Source: the human T2T-CHM13v2.0 reference genome, Homo sapiens
Assembly: GCF_009914755.1 (NCBI RefSeq)
Contig: NC_060943.1
Length of the DNA: 64,000 nucleotides
Reading direction: 5' to 3' (one strand)
The position numbers and the translations under genes are program-made. Numbering within the stretch: position 1 is the first letter of the stretch; each line of letters starts with the position of its first letter. The notes below the pieces were generated by a model. It searched no databases and was not told the origin of the DNA. It saw nothing but the letters and a program-made list of their open reading frames with translations. Below are positions 38,755 through 63,340 of this stretch, one piece after another.

Positions 38755-38999
38755 CTATGTTGGCCAAAGTAGCCCATGCGTTGGGATTGGAGACCCGGTC
38801 TTGCCCACCGTGATCGCCCCAGTACAGTGCCTGGCATATAGTAGGTGCTCCAGGAACAATTGATCAGGATGACTTTGTCTTTGCTGGGTAAGAGGCCACA
38901 TTCTAAAGGTCAGTTTTTGGCCAGGCACAGTGACTCACACCTGTCATCCCAGCACTTTGGGAGGCCGAGGCGAGTGAATCCCTTGAGCTCAGGAGTTCA

Positions 39000-39194
<195 letters not shown>

Positions 39195-39402
39195 TCAGAA
39201 AAAAAAAAAAAAATACATAAAACAGGGCTGGGCGTGGTGGCTCATGCCTGTAATCCTAGCACTTTGGGAGGCTGAGGTGGTGGATAGCCTAAGCTTAGGA
39301 GTTTGAGACCAGCCTGGGCAACATGGCGAAACCCCACCCCCTCTACTAGAATACAAAAAATTAGCGGGCGTGGTGGTGGGCACCTGTAGTCCCAGCTACT
39401 CA

Positions 39403-39666
<264 letters not shown>

Positions 39667-39673
39667 TTAGTCA

Positions 39674-39814
<141 letters not shown>

Positions 39815-39964
39815 TCAAAAAAATAAATAAATAAAATAAAAAATAGGCTGGGCGCGGTGGCTCATGCCTGTAATCCCAGCACTTTGGGAGGCCGAAGCGG
39901 GCGGATCACGAGGTCAGGAGATCGAGACCATCCTGGCTAACATGGTGAAACCCTGTCTCTATTA

Positions 39965-40339
<375 letters not shown>

Positions 40340-40605
40340 TCATCAGGTTGGGGAAGTAATTGATCAGTTCTCTCAGTTTAAGAAGGTGGGGAAGAGGAGG
40401 AGCTTGCATTCTGGGATAGCCTGGGATAGCTGTGTCCCTACTCAGAGAGAGGCTGGGGGCTTGGGGGTGGACAGGCCAGACGGTGACCATCTGAACCTAC
40501 TCCTCACTGGGGTTTTCCTCCCTCCCTTTCCTGTCCACTGCTGCTGGGAGGGATTTGCTGTCCTGGCATCTGGCCCAGCTGACGGGGCCAAGTGTATGAG
40601 TGGCA

Positions 40606-40680
40606 GCCTGCACGTCAGCCCTTGGGTGTGCAGTTTCAGATTCCAGAGAATGAGCTGGCTTGGAGCCCTGCTGAGTCAAT
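40606..40680. promoter_or_regulatory. ANGPTL4: Candidate hypoxia response element plus AP-1 site (about -2 kb from ANGPTL4 TSS)
   Basis: CACGT 40611-40615 (ACGTG on minus) and TGAGTCA 40672-40678 in unique sequence; ANGPTL4 is a known HIF target. Confidence 0.5.
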
Positions 40681-41834
40681 GCCCTTCTCCTTGCCAGTGC
40701 TCTGAGCCAACCTGCCCCGAGTTCTTCCTGGCAGGCTGGTTTTCTGTGCCAGCCTCCCCTTCCTGACAGGGTATAGGGGAATGGGTAGGGAAGAGGCAGA
40801 GGAGATCGGTGCAAGTTTGAATGAACACTTAGCCCTGTGGAATGAATGTGGTCCAGCCCTTTAGCCTCACTCAGTACTTCCTTTGTCCCAACTCTATCCC
40901 TACCCCAGGCTCAGAATGTTGGGGTATCTCCACCTGCCTGAGAACTTCAAACATACAGGGGCTGGGCTTAGAGGGCAGCAGCACCTTCGTTCAGTGCATG
41001 AGTGAATGAATGAATGAGGGAGAGAAAGAGGAAGGTCTTCCATGTCTGAAACTTTTTTTTTTTTTTTTGACACACAGTCTCACTCTGTCACCCAGGCTGG
41101 AGTGCTGTGGTGCAATCTCAGCTCACTGCAACCTCCGTCTCCTGAGTTCAAGCGATTCTCCTGACACAGTCTCCCGAGTAGCTGTAAGCACGTGCCACCA
41201 CACCCGGCTAATTTTTTATTTTTAGTAGAGACGAGGTTTCACCATGTTGGCCAGGCTGATCTCGAACCCCTGACCTCAGGTGATCCGCCCCCCCCCCCCT
41301 CCCACCACCCGGCCTCCCAAAGTGCTGGGATTACAGGCGTGAGCCACCGCGCCTGGCCACAGACTTTTATTTTATTTCTTTTTTAGAGACAGGATCTCAC
41401 TCTGTTGCCCAGGCTGGAGTGCAGTGGCACCATTGTGGCTCACTGCAGCCTCTACCTCCTGGGCTCAAGTGAGCCTCCCACCTCAGGCTCCCAAGTAGCT
41501 GCGACCACAGTCATGGGCGACCGCCCTGGTTCCTCCCTTCCTTGTGTCTCCTCTTTCTGTTCTCTAAGTTCCTGCTTTATTATAGGCAAAGCTCAGGACA
41601 TTAAAGACCCTGGCGGTAGAGGGTAGGCTATGGGGGTGAGGCCCTGATCCAAGTCCTGCCGCTAAGGCACTCATAATTTCGGGCTCAGGGGAGAAATGGA
41701 AGTCAAAGAATCTCATAAACACAGCTGCGATGACGAACCCTTTCACGGGAAGGAACATGCGAGCCCAGAAAAGTCTCTCCTGGTCTTGGGATGGAGGTCA
41801 CACGAAGCCTCCGCAAGGCAAGGACTTTTGGTGA

Positions 41835-52354
<10,520 letters not shown>

Positions 52355-52817
52355 CGTCCTGGCTGGGCCTGGTCCCAGGCCCACGAAAGACGGTGACTCT
52401 TGGCTCTGCCCGAGGATGTGGCCGTTCCCTGCCTGGGCAGGGGCTCCAAGGAGGGGCCATCTGGAAACTTGTGGACAGAGAAGAAGACCACGACTGGAGA
52501 AGCCCCCTTTCTGAGTGCAGGGGGGCTGCATGCGTTGCCTCCTGAGATCGAGGCTGCAGGATATGCTCAGACTCTAGAGGCGTGGACCAAGGGGCATGGA
52601 GCTTCACTCCTTGCTGGCCAGGGAGTTGGGGACTCAGAGGGACCACTTGGGGCCAGCCAGACTGGCCTCAATGGCGGACTCAGTCACATTGACTGACGGG
52701 GACCAGGGCTTGTGTGGGTCGAGAGCGCCCTCATGGTGCTGGTGCTGTTGTGTGTAGGTCCCCTGGGGACACAAGCAGGCGCCAATGGTATCTGGGCGGA
52801 GCTCACAGAGTTCTTGG

Positions 52818-52823
52818 AATAAA
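52818..52823 (+). terminator. ANGPTL4: ANGPTL4 poly(A) signal
   Basis: AATAAA followed by a long GT/T-rich downstream element (52840-52887). Confidence 0.9.
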
Positions 52824-52832
52824 AGCAACCTC

Positions 52833-52847
52833 AGAACACTTTGTTCT
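52833..52847. promoter_or_regulatory. ANGPTL4: Perfect palindromic glucocorticoid/steroid response element
   Basis: AGAACA-CTT-TGTTCT; forkhead motif GTAAACA nearby at 52945-52951. Confidence 0.8.
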
Positions 52848-54045
52848 TTGTTCTTGTTTGTTTTCTTTCTTTTTTTTCTCTTTCTTTAGTTCACAGATCT
52901 AGTAAGTTACCCTCAGTTTGTTTTAAAAAGTGAACAAAGTCCATGTAAACATGTTCCCAGGGCCAGGCACGGTGTCTCGTGCCTGTAATCCCAGCCATTT
53001 GTGAGGCCGAGACAGGCAGGTCACTTGAGGTCAGCAGTTCGAGACCAGCCGGGCCAACATGGTGGAACCCCCATCTCTACAAAAAAATACAAAAATTAGC
53101 CGAGCATGGTGGTGCACGTCTGTAGTCCCAGCTACTCTAGAGGCTGACGCAGAAGAATCACTTGAGCCAAGGAGGCAGAGGCTGCAAATAAGCCGAGATT
53201 GCGCCACTGCACTCCAGCCTGGGCAACAGAGCAAGACTCCATCTCAAAACAAAAATAATTTTTTTTTCGTAGAGGCAGGGTCTCATTCTATTGTCCAGGC
53301 TGGTCTCAAACACCGAGACTCAAGGGATCCTCCTGCCTTGGCTTCACAAAGTGATGGGATTAAAGGTGTGAGCGCCACTGCACCCACCCCTGAAGGCTCT
53401 AATTCTACATCTGTGTTTTGTTAAAAAAAAAAAAAAAAGATGGCGTGGTCGCTCATGCCTGTAATCCCAGCACTTTAGGAGGCCGAGGCAGGTGGATCAT
53501 CTGACATTACGAGTTCCAGGCCCGCCTGACCAACATGGTGAAACCCCGTCTCTACTAAAAATACAAAAATTAGCCGGGTGTGGTGGCGGGTGCCTGTAAT
53601 CCCAGCTACTCAGGAGGCTGAGGCAGGAGAATCACTTGAACTCGGGAGGTGGAGGTTGCGGTGAGCAGAGATCATGCCACTGCACTCCAGCCTGGGTGAC
53701 AGAGCAAGACTTGATTTCAAAAAAAAAAAAAAAAAAAAAAAGAATAGGGCTGGGCGCATTGGCTCACACTTGTAACACTAGCACTTTGGGAGGCCAACGA
53801 GCGGATCACCCGAGGTCGGGTGATCCCGCTGTATTGCTCTATATAGTGAGATCCCTATATAGGGTCTCACTCTATTGTCCAGGCTGGTCTGGCCTGGCCA
53901 ATGTGGTGAAACCTCATTTCTACTAAAAATACAAAAATTAGCTGGGCATAGTGATGCGCACCTATAATCCCAGCTACTCAGGAGGCTGAGGCCGGAGAAT
54001 TGCTTGAACCCAGGAGGTGGAGGTTGCAGTGAGCCGAGATGGCGC

Positions 54046-55493
54046 TGAGAGGTGACAGCGTGCTGGCAGTCCTCACAGCCCTCGCTCACTCTCTGCGACT
54101 CCTCTGCCTGGGCTCCCACTGTGGCGGCACTTCAGGAGCCCTTCAGCCCACCGCTGCACTGTGGGAGCCCCTTTCTGGGCTGGCCAAGGCCGGAGCTGGC
54201 TCCCTCAGCTTGCAGGGAAGTGTGGAGGGAGAGGCGCGAGCCGGAATCGGGGCTGCGCGCGGTGCTTGTGGGCCAGCTGGAGTTCCGGGTGGGCGTGGGC
54301 TTGGCGGACCCTGCACTCAGAGCAGCCGTCCGGCCCTGCTGGCCCCGGGCAATGAGGGGCTTAGCACCCGGGCCGGACAGCGGCTGCGGAGGGTGTACTG
54401 GGTCCCCCAGCAGTGCCAGCGCACCGGCGCTGCGCTTGATTTCTCACCAGGCCTTAGCTGCCTTCCCGCGGGGCAGGGATCGGGACCTGCAGCCCGCCAT
54501 GCCTGAGCCTCCCACCCCCTCCATGGGCTCCTGTGCGGCCCGCGCCTCCCTGACGAGCACTGCCCCATGCTCCATGGTGCCCAGTCCCATCCACCACCCA
54601 AGGGCTGAGGAGTGCAGGCGCACGGCGTGGGACTGGCAGGCAGCTCCACCTGCAGCCCCGGTGCAGGATCCACTGGGTGAAGCTAGCTGGGCTCCTGAGT
54701 CTGGTGGGGACGTGGAGAACCTTTGTCTAGCTCAGGGATTGTAAATACACCAATCATCACCCTATGTCTAGCTCAGGGTTTGTGAATGCACCAATGAACA
54801 CTCTGTATCTAGCTACTCTGGTGGGGCCTTGGAGAACCTTTATGTCTAGCTCAGGGATTGTAAATACACCAATCGGCACTCTGTATCTAGCTCAAGGTTT
54901 GTAAACACACCAATCAGCACCCTGTGTCTAGCTCAGGGTTTGTGAATGCACCAATCGACACTCTGTATCTAGCTACTGTGGTGGGGCCTTGGAGAACCTT
55001 TGTGTTGACACTCTGTATCTAGTTAATCTGGTGGGGATGTGGAGAACCTTTGTGTCTAGCTCAGGAATTGTAAACGCACCAATCAGCGCCCTGTCAAAAC
55101 AGACCAGTGGGCTCTACCAATCAGCAGGATGTGGGTGGGGCCAGATAAGAGAATAAAAGCAGGCTGCCCGAGCCAGCAGTGGCAACCCACTTGGGTCCCC
55201 TTCCACACTGTGGAAGCTTTGTTCTTTTGCTCTTTGCAATAAATCTTGTACTGCTCACTCTTTGGGTCCCCACTGCTTTTATGAGCTGTAACACTCACTG
55301 CGAAGGTCTGCAGCTTCACTCCTGAGCCAGTGAAACCATGAACCCACCAGAAGGAAGAAACGCTGAACACACCTGAACATCAGAAGAAACAAACTCCAGA
55401 CGCGCCACCTTAAGAGCTGGAACACTTACCGCAAGGGTCCATGGCTTCATTCTTGAAGTCAGTGAGACCAAGAACCCCCCAATTCCGGATACA
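54046..55493 (+). mobile_element. Solo LTR12C (ERV9/HERV9 LTR) inserted in an Alu
   Basis: TGAGAGGTGACAGCGTG start, ...CCGGATACA end, CpG-rich U3, tandem CCAAT-containing repeats, AATAAAA box 55152-55158, poly(A) signal 55238-55243; 4-bp TSD gcgc/gtgc splits an Alu right arm. Confidence 0.93.
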
Positions 55494-55582
55494 GTGCCAC
55501 TGCACTCCAGCCCAGGCAACAGAGCGAGATTCTGTCTAAAAAATAAATAAATAAATATGAAATAAAATAAAAATTGTAATAA

Positions 55583-55845
<263 letters not shown>

Positions 55846-56535
55846 TAGATGGGTTTGGCCAGGCTGGTCTCAAACTCCTGACCTCAAGTGATCTGCCCGC
55901 CTCGGCCTCCGAAACTGGTGGGATTACAGGCGCAAGCCACTGTGCCCGGCCTGTTAATTTATTTTTGCCCCAGTATCTCCCTCCAAATATTCCTTATAGA
56001 TGTCTCTTGGGGAGGTGGTGGGGGTTCTTGCGCTAGAAGAAAAAATATCTGTGATTTCCTTGTCTTGACCCTTCCTGGCAGGTGCTGGGGACACAGCTGT
56101 TTCCCTGGGGCTGTGGCTGGGTATAGGTGACAAACTTTTTAGCTTTGTAGAGGTAGGTCCTACAGCTGCCAGGCCAGGGAGGCTAGAGGCTGCCCTCTCC
56201 AGGTTCCTTGTTTGCCTGTGTCCTGTACTGAGCAGGCTTAGAGGATCTCCTCTGAGCCCACTGTCACTGGAGCTGGTGGTGAGTCCAGTCTGCAGGAGAG
56301 GGGGTTCCTCTAGCCACACCCTCTTCATTTCCAGGCTCTGCCAATGATGGGCTCATCTCTTCAATGTCATCCTTTTTCCTGCAGCCACCTTGACCTCAAA
56401 GCATTTCCTGCCCCTCCAACCTGGGGAACGACAGAAAAAAAAAAAAAAAAACCACCACCTGGGCACGGTGGCGCACTCCTACACTCCCCGCACTCTGGGA
56501 GGCTGAGGTGGGTAGATCACAAGGTCAGGAGATCA

Positions 56536-56826
<291 letters not shown>

Positions 56827-57628
56827 TTAAACTCCAGAGCTGCAGCTGTAAATCACATCCCTCTCCTGGACCACAGGAGCTCACTGGCCCCAGTTCCTGC
56901 ATTTGGAAAATGGGGATGGTTTTGACACCCCACCCCTCCATGCCACCATCCCTTCCTGGCCTCATGGTGTGGGGAGGGGGTGGTAAAGAATTAATAAGGC
57001 ATTAATATTCATCACAGGCTGGGTCCAGTGCCTCGCGACTGTAATCCCAGCTCTTTGGGAGGCTGAGGCTGGAGGACCTTGGAGTTTGAGACCAGCCTAC
57101 GCAACACAGCAAGACCTCATCTCTACGATAAATTTTTAAAAAGTCCGGGTGCAGTGGCTCATGCCTATAATCCCAGCACTTTGGGAGGCCAAGGCGGGTG
57201 GATCATGAGGTTAGGAGTTCAAGACCAGCCTGGCCAAGATAGTGAAACCCCATCTCTACTAAAAATACAAAAAAATTAGCCAGGTGTGGTGGTGGGCGCC
57301 TGTAATCCCAGCTACTTGAGAGGCTAAGGCAGAGAATTGCTTGGACTCGGGAGGCAGAGGGTGCAGTGAGCCGAGATCATGCCACTGCACTCCAGCCTGG
57401 GCAACAGAGTGAGACCCTGCCTCAAAAAAAAAAAAAAAGAATCAAGAGAAATTTCAGAGGGAGGAGAGACAGAATAAGGCAACTGAGGATGATAGAGGGA
57501 GGGAGGCAGAGAGGAGAAGATGAGACAGAAGTCCATGTCCTCTGGGTTTGATGGGAGGGAGGGAAGGAAGGATGGAGACACAAGAGGGGGAGTGGATATG
57601 GGGAAGGAGTCAAATTTGTTTATGGGAT

Positions 57629-58379
57629 TGAGAGGTGAAGCCGGCTAGGCTTCTGGGTCGGGTGGGGACTTGAACTTTTCTGTCTAGCTAAAGGATTGTA
57701 AACGTACCAATCAGCACTCTGTGTCTAGCTAAAGGATTGTAAATGCACCAATCAGCACTCTGTGTCTAGCTAAAGGTTTGTAAATGCACCAATCAGCGCT
57801 CTGTGTCTAGCTAATCAGGTAGGGGACTTGGAGAATTTTCTGTCTAGCTAAAGGATTGTAAATGCACCAATCAGCACTTTGTGTCTAGCTAAAGTTTTGT
57901 AAATGCACCAATCAGCACTCTGTCAAAATGGACAAATCAGCACTCTAAAACGGAACAATCAGCACTCTGTAAAATGGACCAATCAGCTCTCTGTAAAATA
58001 GACCAATCAGCAGGATGTGGGTGGGGCCAAATAAGGGAATAAAAGGCCACCCGAGCCAGCAGCAGCAACCCACTCAGGTTCCCTTCCACGCTGTAGAAGC
58101 TCTGTTCTTTCACTCTTCGCAATAAATCTTGCTGCTGCTCACTCTTTGGGTCCGCACCACCTTTATGAGCTGTAACACTCACCGCAAAGATCTGCAGCTT
58201 CACTCCTGAAGTCAGCGAGACCACGAACCTACCAGAAGGAATAAACTCCAGACACATCCAAACATCAGAAGGAACAAACTCCAGACACACCATCTTTAAG
58301 AACTGTAACACTCACCGTGAGGGTCCACAGCTTCATTCTTGAAGTCAGTGAGACCAAGAACCCACCAATACTGGACACA
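57629..58379 (+). mobile_element. 5' LTR (LTR12 family) of the HERV9 provirus
   Basis: TGAGAGGTGAAGCC...CTGGACACA; about 41-bp tandem repeats with CCAAT; AATAAAA 58038-58044; AATAAA 58121-58126. Confidence 0.92.
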
Positions 58380-58382
58380 TTT

Positions 58383-58400
58383 TGGCGACCACGAAGGGAC
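58383..58400 (+). other. Primer binding site complementary to tRNA-Arg
   Basis: TGGCGACCACGAAGGGAC, 3 nt after the LTR; complementary to the 3' end (...GTCCCTTCGTGGTCGCCA) of a human tRNA-Arg(TCG) as recalled. Confidence 0.85.
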
Positions 58401-59660
58401 TATCGCCTATCACCAAGCGGTGAGACTATCGCCTATCACCAAGCGGTGAGTACCATCGGACCCCTTTCGCTTGCTATTCGTCCTATTTTTCCTTAGAATT
58501 TGGGGGCTAAATACCGGGCACCTGTCGGCCAGTTAAAAGCGACTAGCGCAGGTGCTGGACTAAAGACATGGGTGTGAGGCTTTCTGGGAAGGGGCTCTCT
58601 AACAAACCCCGACTTTTTGGAGTTGGGAGCGTTAGTTTGCCTGGAACCAGCTTCCGCTTTTCCTGTACTTCTGGGCTGAGTCGAGGGTTGACAGGAAAGC
58701 CATTCAGCTCTGGGGTCTTGACAACAAGTTGGTTGATCCTGTGGCCATGAGCAGAACTCTCAAAGTCATGTCGCCCAAGTGAGACTCGCCCATCTATCCT
58801 ATCTGTCCTGACCCTTGCCTCCTGGGTCCTAATGCCTGTCAGACAAACTTCCTCTCGCCTCTCTTCTCCGAGGCTAGTCCCACCTCTAAAAACCACTCCC
58901 TGTCTCTGGTGCTTTTCTAGTTTCTCCTATAAGAATGACTTCTAGTATAAACTTCAGGACTCTGTTACCTTCTTTAGGCACCTAGGCTCACTAATCAGAA
59001 AGACATAATTTTTGCCCAAAGCCCTGTTGTAGGGGGGCTATCTGGAATTTTAGGATCCCTCCTCAGACAAGCAGGACTAATAAAAGCTATTCCTGAAGCT
59101 AGGATATGGGGAGCCTCAGAAATTGTATTCTTCCTATTCATATAAGTGAGGACAAAAGGTGTCACTCTTCCAACCCTGGAGATCCCTTCCTTCCCTCATG
59201 GTATGGCCCTCCACTTCATTTTTGGGGCATAACATCATTGTAGGAAATTGGTAAGGTCCCAATACTAAAAGGAGAATGCTTAGGACTGTAACAGGTTTTC
59301 GAGAATGTGTTGGTAAGGGCCACTAAATCCAATTTTTCTCGGTCATCTTTGTGGTCTAGGAGGACAGGCAAGGGTGCAGGTTTTTTGAGAATGCGTTGGT
59401 AAGGGCCACTAAATCCGACCTTCCTCGGTTCTCCTTGTGGTCTGGGAGGAAAGCTACTGTTTCTGCTGCTGCGTTGGTGAGTGCAACTATTCCAATCAGC
59501 AGGGTCTAGTGACCATTACGGGTTCTTGGGCAGGGGTTGTTTCTGCTGCTGCATCAGTGAGCGCAACTATTCCGATCAGCAGGGCCCAAGGACCATTGTG
59601 GATTCTTGGGCAGGGGGAGAAGAAAAACACACCAAAATCGTGGGTGGTTTTGTCTTTCAG

Positions 59661-61116
59661 ATGGGAAACAGGCATCAACAGGCTCACCCTTGAAATGCAT
59701 CCTAGGCCATTGGGACCAGTCTGACCTGCAAACCCTGAAAAAGAGGCAGCTCATTTTTTTCTGCACTGTGGCCTGGCCCCAATATTCTCTCTCTGATGGG
59801 GAAAAATGGCCATCTGAGGGAAGTACAAATTACAATACTATCCTGCAGCTTGACCTTTTCTGTAAGAGAAAGGCAAATGGAGTGAAATAGTTATGTCCAA
59901 GCTTTCCTTTCATTAAAGGAGAATACACATCTATGCAAAGGTTGCAATTTACATCCCACAGGAGAACCTTTCAGCTTACCCCCATATCCTAGCCTCCCTA
60001 CAGCTCCCCTTCGTATTAGTGACAAGCCTCCTCTAATCTCCCCTGCCCAGAAGGAAATAAGCAAAGAAATCTCCAAAGGACCACAAAACTCCCCTGGGCT
60101 GTCGGTTATGTCCCCTTCAAATTGTAGCGGGAGGGGAATTTGGCCTAACATGGGTACATGTCTACTTCTCCCTCTCTGATTTAAAGCAGATCAAGGCACA
60201 CCTGGGGAAGTTTTCAGATGATCCTGATAGGTACATAGATGTCCTACAGGGTCTAGGGCAAATCTTCAATCTCACTTGGAGAGATGTCATGCTATTGTTA
60301 GATCAAACCCTGGCCTTTAATGAAAATAATGCAGCTTTAGCTGCAGCCCAAGACTTTGGAGGTACCTGGTATCTTAGTTAAGTAAATGATAGAATGACAG
60401 CTGAAGAAAGGGACAAATTCCCTACTGGTCAGCAAGCCATCCCCAGTATGGATCCCCACTGGGACTTCAATTCAGATCATGGGGACTGGAGTCATAAACA
60501 TCTGTTGACCTATGTTCTAGAAGGACTAAGGATAATTAGGAAGAAGCCCATGAATTATTCACTGATGTCCACCATAACTCAGGGAAAGGAAGAAAATCCT
60601 TCTGCCTTCCTCGAGTGGCTACAGAAGGCCTTAAGAAAATATACTCCCCTGTCACCCAAATCACTCAAGGGTCAATTGATCCTAAAAGATAAGTTTATTA
60701 TCCAATCAGCCACAGATATCAGGAGAAAGCTCCAAAAGTGAGCCCTGTGCCCTGAACAAAATCTAGAGGCATTATTAAACCTGGCAACCTCACTGTTCTA
60801 TAACAGGGACCAAGAGGAACAGGCCCAAAAGGAAAAGTGAGATCAGAGAAAGGCCGCAGACTTAGTCATGGCCCTCAGACAAACAAACCTTGGTGGTTCA
60901 GAGAGGACAGAAAATGGAGCAGGCCAATCATCCAGTATGGCTTGTTAGCAGTGTGGTTTGCAAGGACACTTTAAAAAAGATTGTCCAATGAGAAACAAGC
61001 TGCCCCCTTGTCCATGTCCCCTATGCCAAGGCAATCACTGGAAGGCACACTGCCCCAGAGGACAAAGCTTCTCTGGGACAGAAGCCCCCAACCAGATGAT
61101 CCAACAACAGGACTGA
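59661..61116 (+). pseudogene. gag: HERV9 gag, disrupted
   Basis: ATG GGA AAC (myristoylation-type start) with immediate frameshift; PLKCILGHW matrix, ITQGKEENPSAFLE major-homology region, two CCHC knuckles (C*QCGLQGHFKKDC, CPLCQGNHWKAHC); several stops; TGA 61114-61116 at the gag/pro junction. Confidence 0.88.
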
Positions 61117-63340
61117 GGGTGCCTGGGGCAAGTGTCAGCTCATGTCATCACTCTCACTGAGCCCCAGGTAACTTTAACCATTGACAGCCAGGAAATTGAC
61201 TTCCTCCTGGACACTGGTGCGGCTTTCTCAGTGTTAATTTCCTGTCCTGAACAGCTGTCCTCCAGGTCCGTTACCATCTGAGGAATCCTGGGACAGCCTG
61301 TAACCAGGTATTTCTCCCACCTCCTCAGTTGTAATTGGGAGACTTTGCTCTTTTCACATGCCTTTCTTGTTATGCCTGAAAGTCCCACACCCTTATTAGG
61401 GAGGGATATATTAGCCAAAGCTGGAGCTATTATCTACATGAATATGGGGAACAAGTTTCCCATTTGTTGTCCCCTACTTGAGGATGAAATCAAGCCTGAA
61501 GTCTGGGCATTGGAAGGACAATTTGGAAGGGCAAAAAATGCCCACCCAGTCCAAATCAGGGTAAAAGATCCCACCACATTTCCTTATCAAAGGCAATATT
61601 CCTTAAAGCCTGAAGCTTATAAAGGATTACAGGATATTGTTAAACATTTAAAAGCTCAAGGCTTAGTAAGGAAATGCAGCAGTCCCTGCAACACCCCAAT
61701 TCTAGGAGTACAAAAACCAAATGGTCAATGGAGACTAGTGCAAGATCTTAGACTCATCGATGAGGCAATAATTTTTCTATATCCAGTTGTATCCAACCCC
61801 TATACCCTGCTCTCTCAAATACCAGAGGAAGCAGAATGGTTCACTGTTCTGGACCTCAAGGATGCCTTCTTCTGTATTCCCCTGCACTCTGACTCTCAGT
61901 TTCTCTTTGCCTTTGAGGATCCCACAGACCACACGTCCCAACTTACGTGGATGGTCTTGCCCCAAGGGTTTAGGGATAGCCCTCATCTGTTTGGTCAGGC
62001 ACTGGCTCAAGATCTAGGCCACTTCTCAAATCCAGGTGCTCTGGTCCTTCAGTATGTGGATGATTTACTTTTGGCTACTAGTTCAGAAGCCTCATGCCAG
62101 CAGGCTACTCTAGATCTCTTGAACTTTCTAGCTAATCAAGGGTACAAGGCATCTAGGTCGAAGGCCCAGCTTTGCCTACAGCAGGTCAAATATCTAGGCC
62201 TAATCTTAGCCAGAGGAATCAGGGCCCTCAGCAAGGAACAAATACAGCCTATACTGGCTTATCCTCACCCTAAGACATTTAACAGTTGCAGGGGTTCCTT
62301 GAAATCACCAGCTTTTGCTGATTGTGGATCCCCAGATACAGCGAGATAGCCAGGCCCCTCTATACTCTAATCAAGGAGACCCAGAGGGCAAATACTCATC
62401 TAGTAGAATGGGAACCAGGGGCAGAAACAGCCTTCAAAACCTTAAAGCAGGCCCTAGTACAAGCTCCAGCTTTAAGCCTTCCCACAGGACAAAACATCAC
62501 AGAGAGAGCAGGGATAGCTCTTGGAGTCCTTACTCAGACTCATGGGATAACCCCACAACCAGTGGCATACCTAAGTAAGGAAACTGATGTAGTAGCAAAT
62601 GGCTGGCCTCATTGCTTATGGGTAGTTGCAGCAGTGGCTGTCTTAGTGTCAGAGGCTATCAAAATAATACAAGGAAAGGATCTCACTGTCTGGACTACTC
62701 ATGATGTAAATGGCAACCTAGGTGCTAAAGAAAGTTTATGGCTATCAGACAATCGCCTACTTAGATACCAGGCACTATTCCTTGAGGGGCTGGTGCTTCA
62801 AATATGCACATGTGTGGCCCTCAACCCTGCCACTTTTCTCCCAGAGTATGAGGAACCAATTGAGCATGACTGCCAACAAATTATAGCCCAGAATTATGCT
62901 GCCCAAGAGGATCTCTTAGAAGTCCCCTTAGCTAATCTTGACCTTAACCTATATACTGATGGAAGTTCATTTGTGGAGAATGGGATATGAAGGGCAGGTT
63001 ATGCCATAGTTAGTGATGTAACTGTACTTGAAAGTAAGCCTCTTCCCCCAGGGACCAGCGCCCAGTTAGCAGAACTAGTGGCACTTACCTGAGCCTTAGA
63101 ACTGGGAAACGGAAAAAGAATAAATGTGTATACATATAGCAAGTATGCTTACCTAATCCTACATGCCCATGCCGCAATATGGAAAGAAAGGGAGTTTCTA
63201 ACCTCTGGGGGAACCCCCATTAAATACCACAAGGAAACCATGGAGTTATTGCACACAGTGCAAAAACCCAAGGAGGTGGCAGTCTTACACAGCCGAAGCC
63301 ATCAAAAATGGGAAGAAGAGGGGAGAACAGCAGCATAAGT
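61117..63340 (+). pseudogene. pol: HERV9 pro-pol (protease, reverse transcriptase, RNase H), disrupted
   Basis: FLLDTGA protease site (61201-61221), DLKDAFF, LPQG, YVDD (62053-62064), frameshift near 62280, RNase H LYTDGSS followed by stops. Confidence 0.92.

Noticed and set aside
54039-54744. 230-aa and 155-aa ORFs
   Set aside because: They lie in the GC-rich U3 of LTR12C and have no recognisable protein features
54720-55120. Regularly spaced 40-50 bp repeats resembling a CRISPR array (also 57680-58010)
   Set aside because: They are the known tandem U3 enhancer repeats of LTR12, without unique spacers or cas genes, in a primate genome
61345-62990. Reverse transcriptase as part of a novel RT-based system (retron, DGR or similar)
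   Set aside because: The context is a standard gammaretrovirus-like LTR-PBS-gag-pro-pol provirus with multiple inactivating mutations
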